Below, in pieces: positions 37,120 to 49,299 of a DNA stretch of 64,000 nucleotides. The position numbers and the translations under genes are program-made. The stretch comes from Octopus sinensis (taxonomy: Eukaryota). The stretch is taken from positions 59,644,001 to 59,708,000 of the forward strand of contig NC_043006.1 of NCBI RefSeq assembly GCF_006345805.1, written 5' to 3'. Under the pieces are notes generated by a model. It was not told the origin of the DNA, did not search any database, and saw only the letters and a list, made by a program, of their open reading frames with translations. Each line of letters starts with the position of its first letter. Position 1 is the first letter of the stretch.

Positions 37120-38090
37120 AAAAAAAAGAATACTTTGAGAAGTTGGCTTTAGGATCAACACCACTAAAACCGACCCTATAGCTGCGATATATTGATGACA
37201 TATTCATACTCTGGCCCCACCAGGAAGATGTCCAAGCGCTGTTAGATCATGTGAACTCAATAAAGCCATCCATAAAGTTCACAATGGAAAAAAAAGACAA
37301 TCAGCTAGCATTCCTGGACGTATTAATAACACGCACCAAGTATGGATTCAGGACATCCGTATACCGAAAGCCGAACCTTCACTGGACTCTACCGCAACTT
37401 CAACTCCCACCATCCATACAGTGTAAAGAGAGGGATTACTCAGTGCCTAAAACATCGAGCAATGAATATAAGTAGCGATCGTGATACCCACTATGAAGAA
37501 ATGATGAAGCTCAGTAACAATCTATTAAGCAACAACTACACCAAAAGCATGCTTTCCGCTCCAATTAGGAAGAAAAGAGGGGATGAAACTGATAAACTGT
37601 CCACAGTCTGTCTACCCTATGTGAAAGGCCTCTCCGAAAAGATACAAACGATATACAGCCCATATGACATCAGGATAGTATTCAAGAGTAATACAACACT
37701 TCGCAAATATCTCCTTCGAGTAAAACCACCAATAGAAGAGAATATGACTAAGAACTGCATTTACTCCATCCTATGCAGCCGTGGTAGGTTATACAAAGGC
37801 GAAACATGCTGGCCCCTCAAAAAAAGGGTAGAGGAACATCGCAAAGCTGTGACACGGGGAGATATTGATAAATCGGGTGTAGCAGATCATGTATGGAAAA
37901 ATGGAGACCACCTCCCCCTGTGGGATGAAGTTAAAATAATAGACAGAGAACCCCGCTGGAAAATACTAAAACTAACAGAAGCAGCACATATGCTAGGACA
38001 CAACAACGTCCTAAGCAGACTGAGTACAGATATGAACAGCATATGGGAACCGGTATTAAAGAAGGATAGAAAAATATTAGATTTATAAGC
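37120..38090 (+). mobile_element. Penelope-like element 3' part: RT C-terminus and GIY-YIG endonuclease
   Basis: LRYIDDIF, LAFLDVLI, VYRKP.FTG, SHHPYSVK, NCIYSILCSRGRLYKGET...RVEEHRK. Confidence 0.92.
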
Positions 38091-38094
38091 CCTA

Positions 38095-38370
38095 AAATTC
38101 ACTCCCGGCCGCCTCGAGGACCACGGCCAGATACCGATGGTCTACTCTATCAAGGGCTTTAGATTGGTCTAAATGGACCTACTCTCCACCCGTGCCAAGA
38201 ATCCTATTTACTCTTTCTAAGGTATAGCGTATAAGGTGGAGATTATCATGTATGGTCCTGCTGGGGATGACGCAGGTTTGCGCCTCCACGACGATACCGT
38301 CCACGACTTTCGCCATCCTTTTTACTGAAACCTTGGCCAGAATCTTCAGATCTGCGTTATGCAGAGTGGT
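38095..38370 (-). mobile_element. L1/Tx1-type RT fragment
   Basis: NADLKILAKV...AQTCVIPSRTIHDNLHLIR...LDQSKALDRVDHRYL; homologous to about 52700-52900. Confidence 0.8.
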
Positions 38371-38429
38371 GGGCCTAAAGTTGTCGATTACGTACCCCTT
38401 GTTTGTGTCTTTTCTGATCAGTACCTGTG

Positions 38430-38520
38430 TAGAAGTCTATTGTATATATGTACACACACACACACACACACACACATACATACATACATACATACATACA
38501 TACATACATACATACATACA

Positions 38521-38551
<31 letters not shown>

Positions 38552-38750
38552 TTGTGTGTGTCTTTGTTTTTCCCCAGCACCGCCGAGCAACTGGTGTTGG
38601 CCTGTTTACGTCTCCATAATATAGCGGCTCTGCAAAAGGCATCAATAAATACCAGACTAAAACATAATTACTGGGGTCATTAGTTCGACTAAAACCGTTC
38701 AAGACGGTGTCCCAGCATGGTCCTAATCCAATGACTGAAACAAGTAAATC
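38430..38750 (+). mobile_element. Degraded 3' half of CORE-family SINE with (CATA)n
   Basis: Tail CCAGCATGGTCCTAATCCAATGACTGAAACAAGTAAA. Confidence 0.65.
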
Positions 38751-38840
38751 AGTATTAGTCGCAGACTAATATTCTTCCCATTTTGAGAGTAAGCATGGAA
38801 GATAACTCCGCACATCTTCCGATCTTTTTTCTTTTTTTTT

Positions 38841-39129
38841 ATGCGCCCTTTTCAAGCCTAGCAAGGCTCATGGGCCCGGTTTCCCGGTTTCTGTGGCGTA
38901 TGTGTTCCCAGGCCATCGCAGTGTTAGTCAAGAAACAGGAAGAGAGAGTGAGAGAAAGTTGGAGCGAAAGAGTACAGCAGGGGTCGCCACCCCCACCCCC
39001 CTGCCGGAGCCTCGTGGAGCTTTTACGTGTTTTTGCTCAATAAACACACAACGCCCGGTCTGGTAATCGAAACCGCGATCCTCCGACCACGTGTCCGCTG
39101 CCCTAACCACTGGGCCATTGCGCCTCCAC
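38841..39129 (-). mobile_element. tRNA-Arg-like SINE
   Basis: Head GTGGAGGCGCAATGGCCCAGTGGTTAGGGCAGCGG on minus strand. Confidence 0.88.
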
Positions 39130-39239
39130 TCCGATCTAATTACGGCCTTCTTTTCGAAATCTAAGTTTATTGTATTTGCCGAAATAGTAATGAAATAATC
39201 ACTTTGTAAATGTATAAGGTAGTACATTCGTTAGTATAT

Positions 39240-39285
39240 GGCGGTGCCCCAGCATGGCCACAGCTCGTGAGCTGAAACTAGATAA
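39240..39285 (+). mobile_element. Isolated CR1-type 3' tail (severely truncated insertion)
   Basis: GGCGGTGCCCCAGCATGGCCACAGCTCGTGAGCTGAAAC; a similar tail is at about 61279-61316. Confidence 0.75.
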
Positions 39286-39893
39286 AATATAAAAATATAT
39301 ATAATATATAAATATAAATATAGAAAAACAGAATTGTCTAGAAATTGAACGGCAAGTCTTTTCAGTCAGTACATTCGCATAGTTATTAGACGGTAAGCAG
39401 TGTCGATTTCGAAATTGCTTTCCAAAACTTGTTATCTGAAACCGTGTATTAAAACCAAAATTATCATATTTGGTAAGGTTTACAACTGATAAAACCTATA
39501 ACCAGGTGTTAAAAAAGAAAATAGATGTTCCCATTTAGATATCTAGCAATTTCTGTAGTGGGCAATATTTCGGAGGATATAAGCAAACACCAGCTGTTTT
39601 CGGAAAAGAAAGAGAAGCGAAATATAGACAACCATCAATGGACGAGTATTTACTGACTTTATCAGTTACGGCTTTTCTTAAATATAACGGTAGCTTTATT
39701 CCCGAATCAATATCATCGCCCGTTTCCTTGTCAGACACTATCATGTTAAACAAATTTGATCCTCTTCCCCACCACAAACTCCTCTAGATAATGAACGAAT
39801 TTATGTTTGAACTGGAGTGCTACCCGTCATATAATAACTTTTATCAGTATGGGTAATGTCAAGAAATATGGCACACGCACAATTATTATAGTA

Positions 39894-40282
39894 CTAGCAG
39901 TATCGCCCGGCGTTGCTCGAGTTTGTAAGGGAAATAAGCATTTTTAGAGAGTTATAGCCAAAAAATAGCAAAAAAATGCATTAAAAATGGGAAAAAAAGA
40001 TGGTAAATTTTTTTTTAAATCGTTGACTCATCGTAGACATTTTTAGAGAGTTATTTCCCTTATATAATAGCGAAAAAATGCATTAAAATGGAAAAAAATT
40101 ATGGTAATTTTTTTTTTTAATCGTAGACTCATCGTAGACGCGCGCTAATACCCAGAAGGGCTCGATATGAATCACGACTATAAGATACTCGGTTTTGGTT
40201 AAACTGCACCGCAAAATGTGGGAGTAGTTAGGAATCTAAATCGTAGGAGACAGACACACAACTTCACTTTTATATATAAAGA
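39894..40282 (-). mobile_element. Non-autonomous Helitron, copy A
   Basis: A|TC 5' end, GC hairpin CGAGCAACGCCGGGCG, CTAG|T 3' end. Confidence 0.85.
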
Positions 40283-40813
40283 TATCTATTATAAAATTTC
40301 TTGTTGCTTATAGAAATTTGATGAAATGAACACTAGCTTTCAAAAGGACAATATTTATTTCCTTAAACTTTATTGACACTATATAAAGCGTTACTGGAGA
40401 AATCAACTAACCAACCCCTATTTGTATCGAATTTATAACAAAGAGATGGACACTATGCTTGCATGTATAAGTTTCTTTCAACAAACAAAATTCATTTAAT
40501 GATAGTGATATTGCCTATTAGAGTCAACAACAATAGCTTTAGTTTCAATATTGAACCTAAAACTTTTTGGATATTTGACTATTTACTGAGTTTAGGGGAA
40601 AAAAATCCAGTTATCTAGGCGTAGGAGTGGCTGTGTGGTAAGTAGCTTGCTTACCAACCACATGGTTCCGGGTTCATCCCACTGCGTGGCACTTGGGCAA
40701 GTGTCTTCTACTATGGCCTCGGGCCGACCAAAGCCTTGTAAGTGGATTTGGTAGACAGAAACTGAAAGAAGCCCGTCGTATATATATATATTATATATAT
40801 ATATATATATATA

Positions 40814-41208
40814 CTAGCAGTATCGCCCGGCGTTGCTCGGGTTTGTAAGGGAAATAACTATAAAGCATTTTTAGAGAGTTATAGCCAAAAAATAGCAAAA
40901 AAATGCATTAAAAATGGAAAAAAATTATAGTAAATTTTTTTTAAATCGTTGACTCATCGTAGACATTTTTAGAGAGTTACTTCCCTTATATAATAGCAAA
41001 AAAATGCATTAAAATGGAAAAAAATGATGGTAAATTATTTTTAAAATCGTAGACTCATCGTAGACGCGCGCTAATACCCAGAAGGGCTCGATATGAATCA
41101 TGACTATAAGATACCCGGTTTTGGTTAAACTGCACCGCAAAATGTGGGAGTAGTTAGGAATCTAAATCGTAGGAGACAGACACACAACTTCACTTTTATA
41201 TATAAAGA
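40814..41208 (-). mobile_element. Non-autonomous Helitron, copy B
   Basis: Same termini and body as copy A. Confidence 0.85.
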
Positions 41209-41722
41209 TGTGTGCAACAACTAAAACATTCGGTTGGGCAACTTGTTTGCACAGGAAACCTGCCCTGTGTGGCGGTTTTTGCCGTTTTTGTGGATCTGTT
41301 TCAGCTTTTTTAGCGATTTCTGTTTTGGCGACTTCAAGCCATGAAGTCGTTGTTCTAAAAGAACGCTGGTCTCCTTGACAACGCTTTACGACGTTGATTT
41401 CCTTACACTCCCTTCCCCACAGCTTCACGAGGGAGGGAAGAAGGGGGAGAAGCAACACAGGTGCAGGTGTGAGCATGGACGCCAACTTCGCCGCCATCGA
41501 CACACGAAAAAATATGCGTTAAAATGGAAAAAAATTATGGTAAATTATTTTTAAAATCGTAGACTCATCGTGGACGCACGCTAATACCCAGACGGACTCG
41601 ATATGAATCACGACTATAAGATACCCGAATTTGGTTAAACTGCACCGCAAAATGTGGGAGTAGTTAGGAATCTAAATCGTAGGAGACAGACACTCACACA
41701 ACTTCACTTTTATATATATAGA
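41209..41722 (-). mobile_element. Helitron copy C (5' portion of same family plus extra internal sequence)
   Basis: 41507-41722 homologous to the 5' part of A and B; assignment of 41209-41506 is inferred. Confidence 0.65.
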
Positions 41723-42204
41723 TGTATATATATATATATGTATGCTTATGTGTCTGTGTTTGTACCCCCAACATCGCTTGACAACCGATGCTGGTGTGTT
41801 TACGTCCCCGTAACTTAGCGGTTCGGCAAAAGAGACCGATAGAATAAGTACTAGGTTTACAAAGAATAAGTCCTGGGTTCGATTGCTCTACTAAAGGTGG
41901 TGCTCCAGAATAGCCACAGTCAAATGACTGAAACAAGTAAAAGAGAGTAAAAGAGAGAGAGAGTAAAAGACTTATCTGTTTGGAATTATTAAAAAATTTT
42001 ATCTTTAGATAAAAATATAATATTACTGAAATTTTGTGTCAGATAACACCATATCCTGTCTTGAAGACAACTTTCTGTTATGTGATTGATAAATATTTCA
42101 AAAGATTGAATTTGTAAAGTCGATATTTTTTCTTAGTTGCTGCTTTTGTATAGATCCCATCCACTGTATTCTGCGCATATTTCATCTCTCTCCTCGATCA
42201 ATCA

Positions 42205-42900
42205 GATCAATTCTCAAGGTGTCGCCTACTTTCAGACAGTGCAAAATTCTCAGGAGACTGGATTGATGCCCTACCTGTGGCCAACATTGGAGGTCTACTC
42301 ATTCTAGATGAACTCCGCATCTCCATCGCTCTCAGAGTGGGACCTGACATTTTTAAGGGATTGAGATGCCGCTGTGGTAGGCACCTCGACCTCACAGGTC
42401 TTCACGGTCTGTCTTACCGTCTAAATGCTGTTAGCTTCTCTCGTCACACCGAGCTAAACCTAATCATTGAGCAGGCCCTGGCTCGGATTAATATCTCCTC
42501 AGTTCTGGAGCCGTCGGAGTTATCTAGAAGTGATGGAAAGAGACCAGATGGTCTTACCTTCTGTCCCTGGGTTAGAGGTAAATGTCTCATTTGGGACGCC
42601 ACAGTCTGCAACCCTTTTGTTCCTTCCCACATCCTGGATGCTGCAGTTAATAGGAGGGTTGCTGCTTCTGTAGCCGAACGGAAGAAAATCCTGAAGTATC
42701 GGGACCTGACAGTGAACTGTCTCTTGCAACCTGTGGCGTTTGACACGTTCATAGGGACTGAGCCACTAACCGCGAAGTTCTTGTCAACGTTGGCAGCTCA
42801 CCTTACCGAGGTGTCAGGTGATGCCCGTGAGGGCGCTTGGTTTTCCCAACACCTTAGCCTCGCTACTGTCCGTGCTTAATGCTACAGAGTAGCTGCTTGG
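42205..42900 (+). mobile_element. CRE-like non-LTR retrotransposon C-terminus (restriction-like endonuclease)
   Basis: SGDWIDALP...RISIALRVG...CRCGRHLDLTGLHGL...RH...LEP..LSRSDGKRPDG...WDATV...AERKKILKY. Confidence 0.85.
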
Positions 42901-43189
42901 CTAGGTGTCGGTGTTGAATTCCCGTTCGAAAATATATAGTTTTCAAAGTGACACACATCACTGATCTAATAACCGTATGTGCGAAATTTTCGAACTCCAG
43001 GATCTTACTCAAGATAGATTCAAATCACTTATCTTCGTGCAAGGACTTACAGCACCTGTAGAGAAATTCAGGCAAGGATTCTCTCGAAAATGGAGTAGGC
43101 GAACCAGCATTTATCTCTACATACCATCGCAGAAGAATATCAGACTATAGTAAATCTTAAATATGGCGTAAGAAAATACAAGATACAGA

Positions 43190-43905
43190 CTTTGCAAAAA
43201 TTCAAATGTGCCTTCCTGGGAAACACAAAAAAAAGTGTCTGGTCCCAATCCGTGTTATAGTTATGGAGGCCTACATTAAAAAAACGACTGTCCGTTTGAA
43301 AACAAAAAGTGCTATAGTTGTCAGAAGCTGGGTCTCAGAAGTTCTCATTGTAGTAGCATGACTACTAGGCTCAAACACAAAAAGTTCTAAGGTGTTTTCA
43401 GCAGAGAGTGATTGCGACAGAAAAAACAAGAAAATTCGTGCACGTAAAAATAAATGATGTGAATACCAAATTATAGTTAGACACAGGTAGTGACATCTCG
43501 ATTATAAATGCGGATACTTGGGGAAAAAATTGGTAAACCAAGATTACGTAAAACAGCGAAAATAGCGCGTGGTGTAATGAGTGATAAATTACATTTCATG
43601 GGCAAAACACGTATCAACGTCACATTTCGAGGAGGGACACGCGAAGCAAAATCATTCGTTGTGGATAATACAATCAATCTGTTTGTCAGAGACTGGTTAG
43701 AACTCTTCGATTTATGGCACCTCTCCATAAATCTTTATTGCAATAACGTAAATGGTTGACCCGTTAAAAACAAGTCTTCGGAAGAACTGAAGAAAACAAT
43801 TGAAAAAAAAGTTCCCGCAAGTGTTATCAGAGGATTTAGGTTTATGTAGAAAACCGGAAGCCTATTTCCAAGTAAGTGAAAACGTTGTACTCCTGTTTAA
43901 GGCAA
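43190..43905 (+). mobile_element. Ty3/Gypsy gag-protease relic
   Basis: CYSCQKLG...HC knuckle remnant; LDTGSDISII protease motif; KIGKPRL...LFVRDWL. Confidence 0.8.
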
Positions 43906-43920
43906 ACAGATATGTGTGTA

Positions 43921-43966
<46 letters not shown>

Positions 43967-44025
43967 TGTATGTTTGTGTGTATGAATGTGTGTGTGTATG
44001 TGCATGTGTGTATGTGCATGTGTGT

Positions 44026-44335
44026 GTGGAGGCGCAATGGCCCAGTAGTTAGGGCAGCGGACTCGCTGTCGTAGGATCGCGGCTTCGTTTCCCAGACCGG
44101 GCATTGTGAATGTTTATTGAGCGAAAACACCTAAAGCTCCACGAGGCTCCGGCGGGGGTGGTGGCGATCCCTGCTGTACTCTTTCGCCACAAATTTCTTT
44201 CACTCTTTCTTCTGTTGGCCTGCTGCTCGCTTAGCCAGCGGGGTGGCGTCATCTGAAGGCTAAAACAATGCAAAGCGCAATGTGACCAGCGATGTGTAAC
44301 AACATCTGATAGCCTGGTCGGTATTGGTGATCACG
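44026..44335 (+). mobile_element. tRNA-Arg-like SINE with an alternative 3' tail
   Basis: Same head and body as 38841-39129; tail GAAGGCTAAAACAATGCAAAGCGCAATGTGACCAGCGATG. Confidence 0.85.
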
Positions 44336-44345
44336 ATGATGTATA

Positions 44346-44376
<31 letters not shown>

Positions 44377-44509
44377 AGCAAAAATACTAGTTTGTAAACG
44401 CTGGTTTGAAAAATACATTTACAATGCTAAGTATGTACAAAATGATCTAAAAAGTAACCTAAAGTAATCTCCCTTGTAGATCACACGGCAAAGTAGCATC
44501 CTCTGTTCT

Positions 44510-44940
44510 CTGGGGAAAGCTACAAAGATCTTGGACATGATGAGAGTGCCAGCAGTAATGGACCCATCAATAAGGAGAGGACAAGAAATGAGTACCTGAA
44601 GAGTGTTTTGAAAAATGGTCACCTTGCAAAAAACATATTGCCCCCAACAGCTTTGCAGTGCCACTCTTCACGCCTACATTTGGCACTTAGACTTTTAATT
44701 GCATTAGCTGAAAGAGATAGACGTACGATATCGCAAGCTACCAGTGTTACTGGAAACGTCAGCATCAACGGGGTGTGGACAAGTTATACTTCCCACGCAA
44801 GAATAGTGACTGTGGTCTTAAATCTGAACTGATGTTATACGAAGCACGTATTGTGACACTGAAACAGCATCTGCAGCAGATAAAAGGGACCATCTTGCTC
44901 AAGTTTGCAACCTACGAAATCAACAGCATACATAATTAGT
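44510..44940 (+). mobile_element. R4/Dong-like RT C-terminal relic
   Basis: YKDLGHDES..NGPINKER, FAVPLFTPTFG, EIDVRYRKL, GVDKLYFPRKNSDCGL. Confidence 0.7.
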
Positions 44941-45027
44941 GTTGCTATATAAGATGCGCTCCAGAAGTTTCGAGACGTTTTAGGAAAGGCAGTTATAACT
45001 ATCCTAGGTTATTGTGATTTTCATATA

Positions 45028-45425
45028 TCTTTATATATAAAACTGTAGTTGTGTGAGTGTCTGTCTCCTACGATTTAGATTCCTAACTACTCCCACATTT
45101 TGCGGTGCAGTTTAACCAAAACCGGGTATCTTATAGTCGTGATTCATATCGAGCCCTTCTGGGTATTAGTGCGCGTCTACGATGAGTCTACGATTTAAAA
45201 AAAAATTTACCATCAATTTCTCCCATTTTTAATGCATTTTTGGCATATATAAGGGAAGTAACTCTCTAAAAATTTATTATTAAATCTCAGAACGTAAAAA
45301 GTTACAGTAACCCCCTCCCCTTTGTGGTTAGCCATATTTAGATGGCTATTATACTTTACATCTCTAAAAATGCTTATATAGTTATTTCCCTTACAAACCC
45401 GAGCAACGCCGGGCGATACTGCTAG
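45028..45425 (+). mobile_element. Non-autonomous Helitron, copy D
   Basis: A|TCTTTATATATAAAA...CCCGAGCAACGCCGGGCGATACTGCTAG|T. Confidence 0.88.
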
Positions 45426-45445
45426 TTATCACTATATCTTTTATA

Positions 45446-45696
45446 GTGGAGGCGCGAGGCTTAGTGGTTAGGGTGTCAGCATCATGATCGTAAGATTGTG
45501 GTTTTGATTCCTGGACCGGGTGACGCGTTATGCTCTTGAGCAAAATACTTCATTTCACGTTGCTCCAGTCCACTCAGCTGGCAAAAATGAGTAACGCTGC
45601 GATGGACTGGCGTCCCGTTCAGCTGGGGAACACATACGCCATTGAAACCAGGAAACGAATCCCATGAGCCTGGCTAGGCTTTAAAAAGGTCGCATT
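45446..45696 (+). mobile_element. SINE (GGAGGCGCGTGGCTTAGTGG head; GATGGACTGGCGTCCCG...AAGGGCGCAT tail)
   Basis: Homologous to 62622-62871. Confidence 0.85.
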
Positions 45697-45874
45697 TATT
45701 ATTTTTTTTTTTATATTTCTAATAAGCTGACTTGCCAACTTTTGTTATTCCAGATTAAAGGAGACAGCTGTAAGAGCACTTTGAACCATGCTTGTGACAG
45801 CTGACTAGTCTGCACAATGTGGTCAGGAATTGAAAGCAATCTGGAGCTCACTATGCAATACCTTTTCTCCTTTG

Positions 45875-46183
45875 TCGCCCTTTTCAAGCCTAGCCAGGTT
45901 CATGGGACCGGTTTCCCAGTTTCTGTGGCGCATGTCCATCTCAGCGTTACTCAAGAAACAGGAAGAAAGAGTGAGAGAAAGTTGTGGCGAAAGAGTACGA
46001 CAGGGGTCGCCACCAGCCCCTGCCGGAGCCTCGTGGAGCTTTTAGGTGTTTTCACTCAATAAACACACACAACGCCCGGTGTTTTTGCTCAATAAACACA
46101 CACAGCGCCCGGTCTGGGAATCGAAACCGCGATCCTCCGACCACGAGTCGGCTGCCCTAACCACTGGGCCATTGCGCCTCCAC
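45875..46183 (-). mobile_element. tRNA-Arg-like SINE with small internal duplication
   Basis: CTCAATAAACACACACARCGCCCGGT occurs twice. Confidence 0.85.
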
Positions 46184-46319
46184 ACTATGCAATATAGATT
46201 TGTGTTAAACAGGACAAAAAACGCTACAGAAACTCATGAAATGCATAAGCCTGCTTATGGGTTAACTTATTATGAGCCGAGCACCTCATTTTTCGCTGAC
46301 ATAAGAGGCTAGGTAATGC

Positions 46320-46720
46320 ACGTCCACTGAGAGGTTCATGATGATCCCCTTTTTCGACAGCAGTGGTACCATCTACATACACTGAGTTCTCTCTGGCCAG
46401 ACAGCCAACAAAGAGTACTTTGGGGGGAGGGGGGCTGAGGGACTTCAGGAAGAGATTTCGACGCAAAAGGCCATAACACCTGTATCAGGACAATGGACCA
46501 GTTCACAATTCTATCCTGGTAACCAACTGCTTGACAGAGGTGGGACTTAAAACTGACCCTCACTCTCCCAACAAACCTAGCACCCTGTGACTTTTGGCTG
46601 TTCCCCAAGCTGAACGAGAAGATGAATGAGAATGTGACAAGGTTTCCTGGACCCCTTTACTCTAGAGAACTTTCATGGAGCTTTTTACGAAGTGGTTGCA
46701 GCACTACAACAAGCGCATTA
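46320..46720 (+). mobile_element. Mariner transposase C-terminal relic
   Basis: MIPFFDSSG.I, GQTANKEYF, QDNGPVHNS, LWLFPKL. Confidence 0.7.
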
Positions 46721-46757
46721 AGAGGATTCGATTTTGAAAGAGAATAGTTTTTTTAAC

Positions 46758-47380
46758 TGTTTCAGTCATTTGACTGTGGCCATGCTGGAGCACCGCCTTT
46801 AGTCGAGCAAATCGACTCCAGTACTTATTCTTTGTAAGCCTAGTACTTATTCTATTGGTCTTTTTGCCGAACCGCTAAGTTACAGGGACATAAACACACC
46901 AGCATCGGTTGTCAAGCGGTGTTGGGGTGGGGAGAAAAATACAGACACACAAACACACACACACACATACACATATATATATACATTATAGGCGGCGAGC
47001 TGGCAGAATCGTTAGCACGCCGGGCGAAATGCGTAGCCGTATTTCGTCTGTCTTGGCGTTCTGAGTTCAAATTCCGCCGAGGTCGACTTTGCCTTTCATC
47101 CTTTCGGGGTCGATAAATTAAGTACCAGTTACGCACTGGCGTCGATGTAATCAACTTAATCCGTTTGTCTGTTCTTGTTTGTCCCCTCTATGTTTAGCCC
47201 CTTGTGGGTAATAAAGAAACATATATATATACATATATACGACGGGCTTCTTTCAGTTTCCGTCTACCAAATCCACTCACAAGGCTTTGGTCGGCCCGAG
47301 GCTATAGTAGAAGACACTTGCCCAACCCGGAATCATATGGTTGGTAAGCAAGCTACTTACCATACAGCCACTCCTGCGCC
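46758..47380 (-). mobile_element. CORE-family SINE interrupted by a GCCTTTCATCC-family SINE (46991-47219, +)
   Basis: Both halves match 28820-29206; the guest lies in the internal (AT)/(CA) tract. Confidence 0.9.
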
Positions 47381-47766
47381 TATAGTTGTGCACTTTTTTT
47401 TTTTTAATTAATAAATTTCTCGCCTGAAAAAGACTCAAAACTTATGGGATGCACTTTGTATGGTTTCTTTTTTTCTGTCGTGACGAATTATTTACAACTT
47501 TGAATAAACAATATGTAAAACATATTTTTAACTTTATATGATTTATAGAAATTGAGATTTTGGTACTTTTTTTTAAATTACGTTAATTACAATATGCACC
47601 AAATTATAGTAATGTTACTTCCAGAAATTAAATCAAAGAAAGGGTACTTCAGCTTCCTTTCCCCAAAGAAATTCTCGAAGGTATGTGGCGAATAAATTAT
47701 ACAAGCTCTTTTCATTTATCTGTTTTTTTGATTTGGCAAGTGAATACCCAATTTTTTTATATAAAG

Positions 47767-48277
47767 GGTACAGGAATAGGGTGTGTGGTTAAGAAGTACG
47801 CTGGGAAACACGTGGTTTCGAGTTCAGATCCGCTGCGAGGCACCTTGGTCAAGTGACTTCTGCTATAGCCCTGAGCCTAATTATGCTTTGCGAGTGAATT
47901 TGGTAGGCGGACACAGTGTGAAAGCCCATTGCATGTATGTGTGTGCACGTGCTTGTATGTATGTATGTATGGATGGATGGATGTATGTATGGATGGATGT
48001 ATGTATGTATGTTTGTATTATGTATGCATGTACGTATGTATGTATGTTTGTATTATGTATGTATGCGTGTGTGTATGTATGTATACGTGTCTTTCTGTGT
48101 TCCCATCCCCCAGTGTTTGGCCTCCGGAGTTGGTTTGTTTATGTACGCGTAACTTAATGGTCAACGAAAAAGATCAACAGAATAAGTACTGGACTTCAAA
48201 AAAAATAAGTACTGATGGACTCTTCAAGGCAGTATTCCAGCATGGACGCTGTTCAATGACTGAAACAAGTAAAAGAA
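47767..48277 (+). mobile_element. Older, diverged CORE-family SINE
   Basis: GCACCTTGGTCAAGTGACTTCT and tail CCAGCATGGACGCTGTTCAATGACTGAAACAAGTAAAAG. Confidence 0.7.
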
Positions 48278-48308
48278 TTTAGTGTTACAAATAAATCGTA
48301 TTGTAGGG

Positions 48309-48605
48309 CAGTGCTACTCAAACTGGTGGCCCGCGAGCCATCGGCTGCCGGTACGCTGCGAGTTTCCAGAAAAGAAAGAAACATTATAAAATGCTTATGT
48401 AACATTGTATTGTTTGTTTACAAAATAAATATAAGATAGAAAAAAATTGTCAGCTTTTATTATATTCATTATATATATTGTTTCCGGTATAAATTCATAT
48501 TACTAAGAAATATTACCGGTGCCTGGCACATTGGGAAAAAAACTGCTGGTACGCCACATCAAACTGCTGGTACGCCATATCAAACTGCTGGTACGCCACA
48601 TCAAA
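48309..48605. mobile_element. hAT/Charlie-like MITE end with 3x 21-bp repeat
   Basis: CAGTGCTACTCAAACTGGTGGCCCGCG terminus; AAACTGCTGGTACGCCAYATC x3 at about 48540-48602. Confidence 0.5.
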
Positions 48606-48608
48606 CTA

Positions 48609-49000
48609 CTTCAAACAATGAAGCGCTGGCAGGTATTAGAGAAAGAATACATAAAAATTTTAGATTGCAGAAAAAAAAAGTCTATTTTTTCTCAGCTGCA
48701 GCCTGAAAAAAAAAAAAATTGATTGACGCTAAAAATATTACACAATCTAGGTCTCCGTTAATGCTTTTTGTGTATAGCTTAACTAAAGCCATAGTAGGTT
48801 TATTTCTCTACTTCAACAATGAAGCGCTGGCAGATGTTAGAGAAAGAAAACGTAAAAATTTTAGATTGCAGAAAAAAAGTTTTCTTTTTTCCCAGCTGCA
48901 GTCTGAAAAAGTGAAACTGGATTGACACGCTGAAAATAATACATAACCTGGGTCCCTGTTAATATTTTTGTGTATAACTTGACTAAAGCTATAACTGGGG
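48609..49000. repeat. Two diverged tandem units of about 200 bp
   Basis: Both begin CTTCAA(A)CAATGAAGCGCTGGCAG and share TTTTAGATTGCAGAAAAAAA and CAGCTGCAG. Confidence 0.85.
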
Positions 49001-49299
49001 ACCCCACAGAAGAACGACAGCTTTCGCTTCGCACATCGAAATAAGCAGCAAATAAAAGAAACTTGACAAGCAATTACACAACAGTATTGAGCCGTCCAAG
49101 AATTTGGACCGGGAGATCTCCATTTTCAGCGACTTCGAGGGCCACCTCCCAGTGGTGTCGAGCGTCAACGAAGAGCCCTCGACTACACCAAGACGACCAA
49201 AGTTTTTTTTTTCAAGGTCTGGAGTCTCTCGCCCCTAAGCCCTAGACCATCACCTAATCACCCTTACCCGTCTCGTTGCTTAACAACAGCAACAACAAC

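Larger units (their letters stand above)
40618..41945 (+). mobile_element. CORE-family SINE split by Helitron insertions in its internal (AT)n
   Basis: 5' half about 40618-40780 and 3' half about 41730-41945 together match the 28820-29206 copy. Confidence 0.85.

Noticed and set aside
39535-39790. About 80-codon frames open on both strands
   Set aside because: No recognisable domain or convincing splice-site pair
44026-44100. tRNA genes at SINE heads (also 2822, 4870, 39060, 45446 and others)
   Set aside because: A/B boxes are present, but each continues into a SINE body; no complete cloverleaf with an acceptor stem could be supported
48540-48602. CRISPR-like short repeats
   Set aside because: Three contiguous 21-mers without spacers, no cas genes, eukaryotic context
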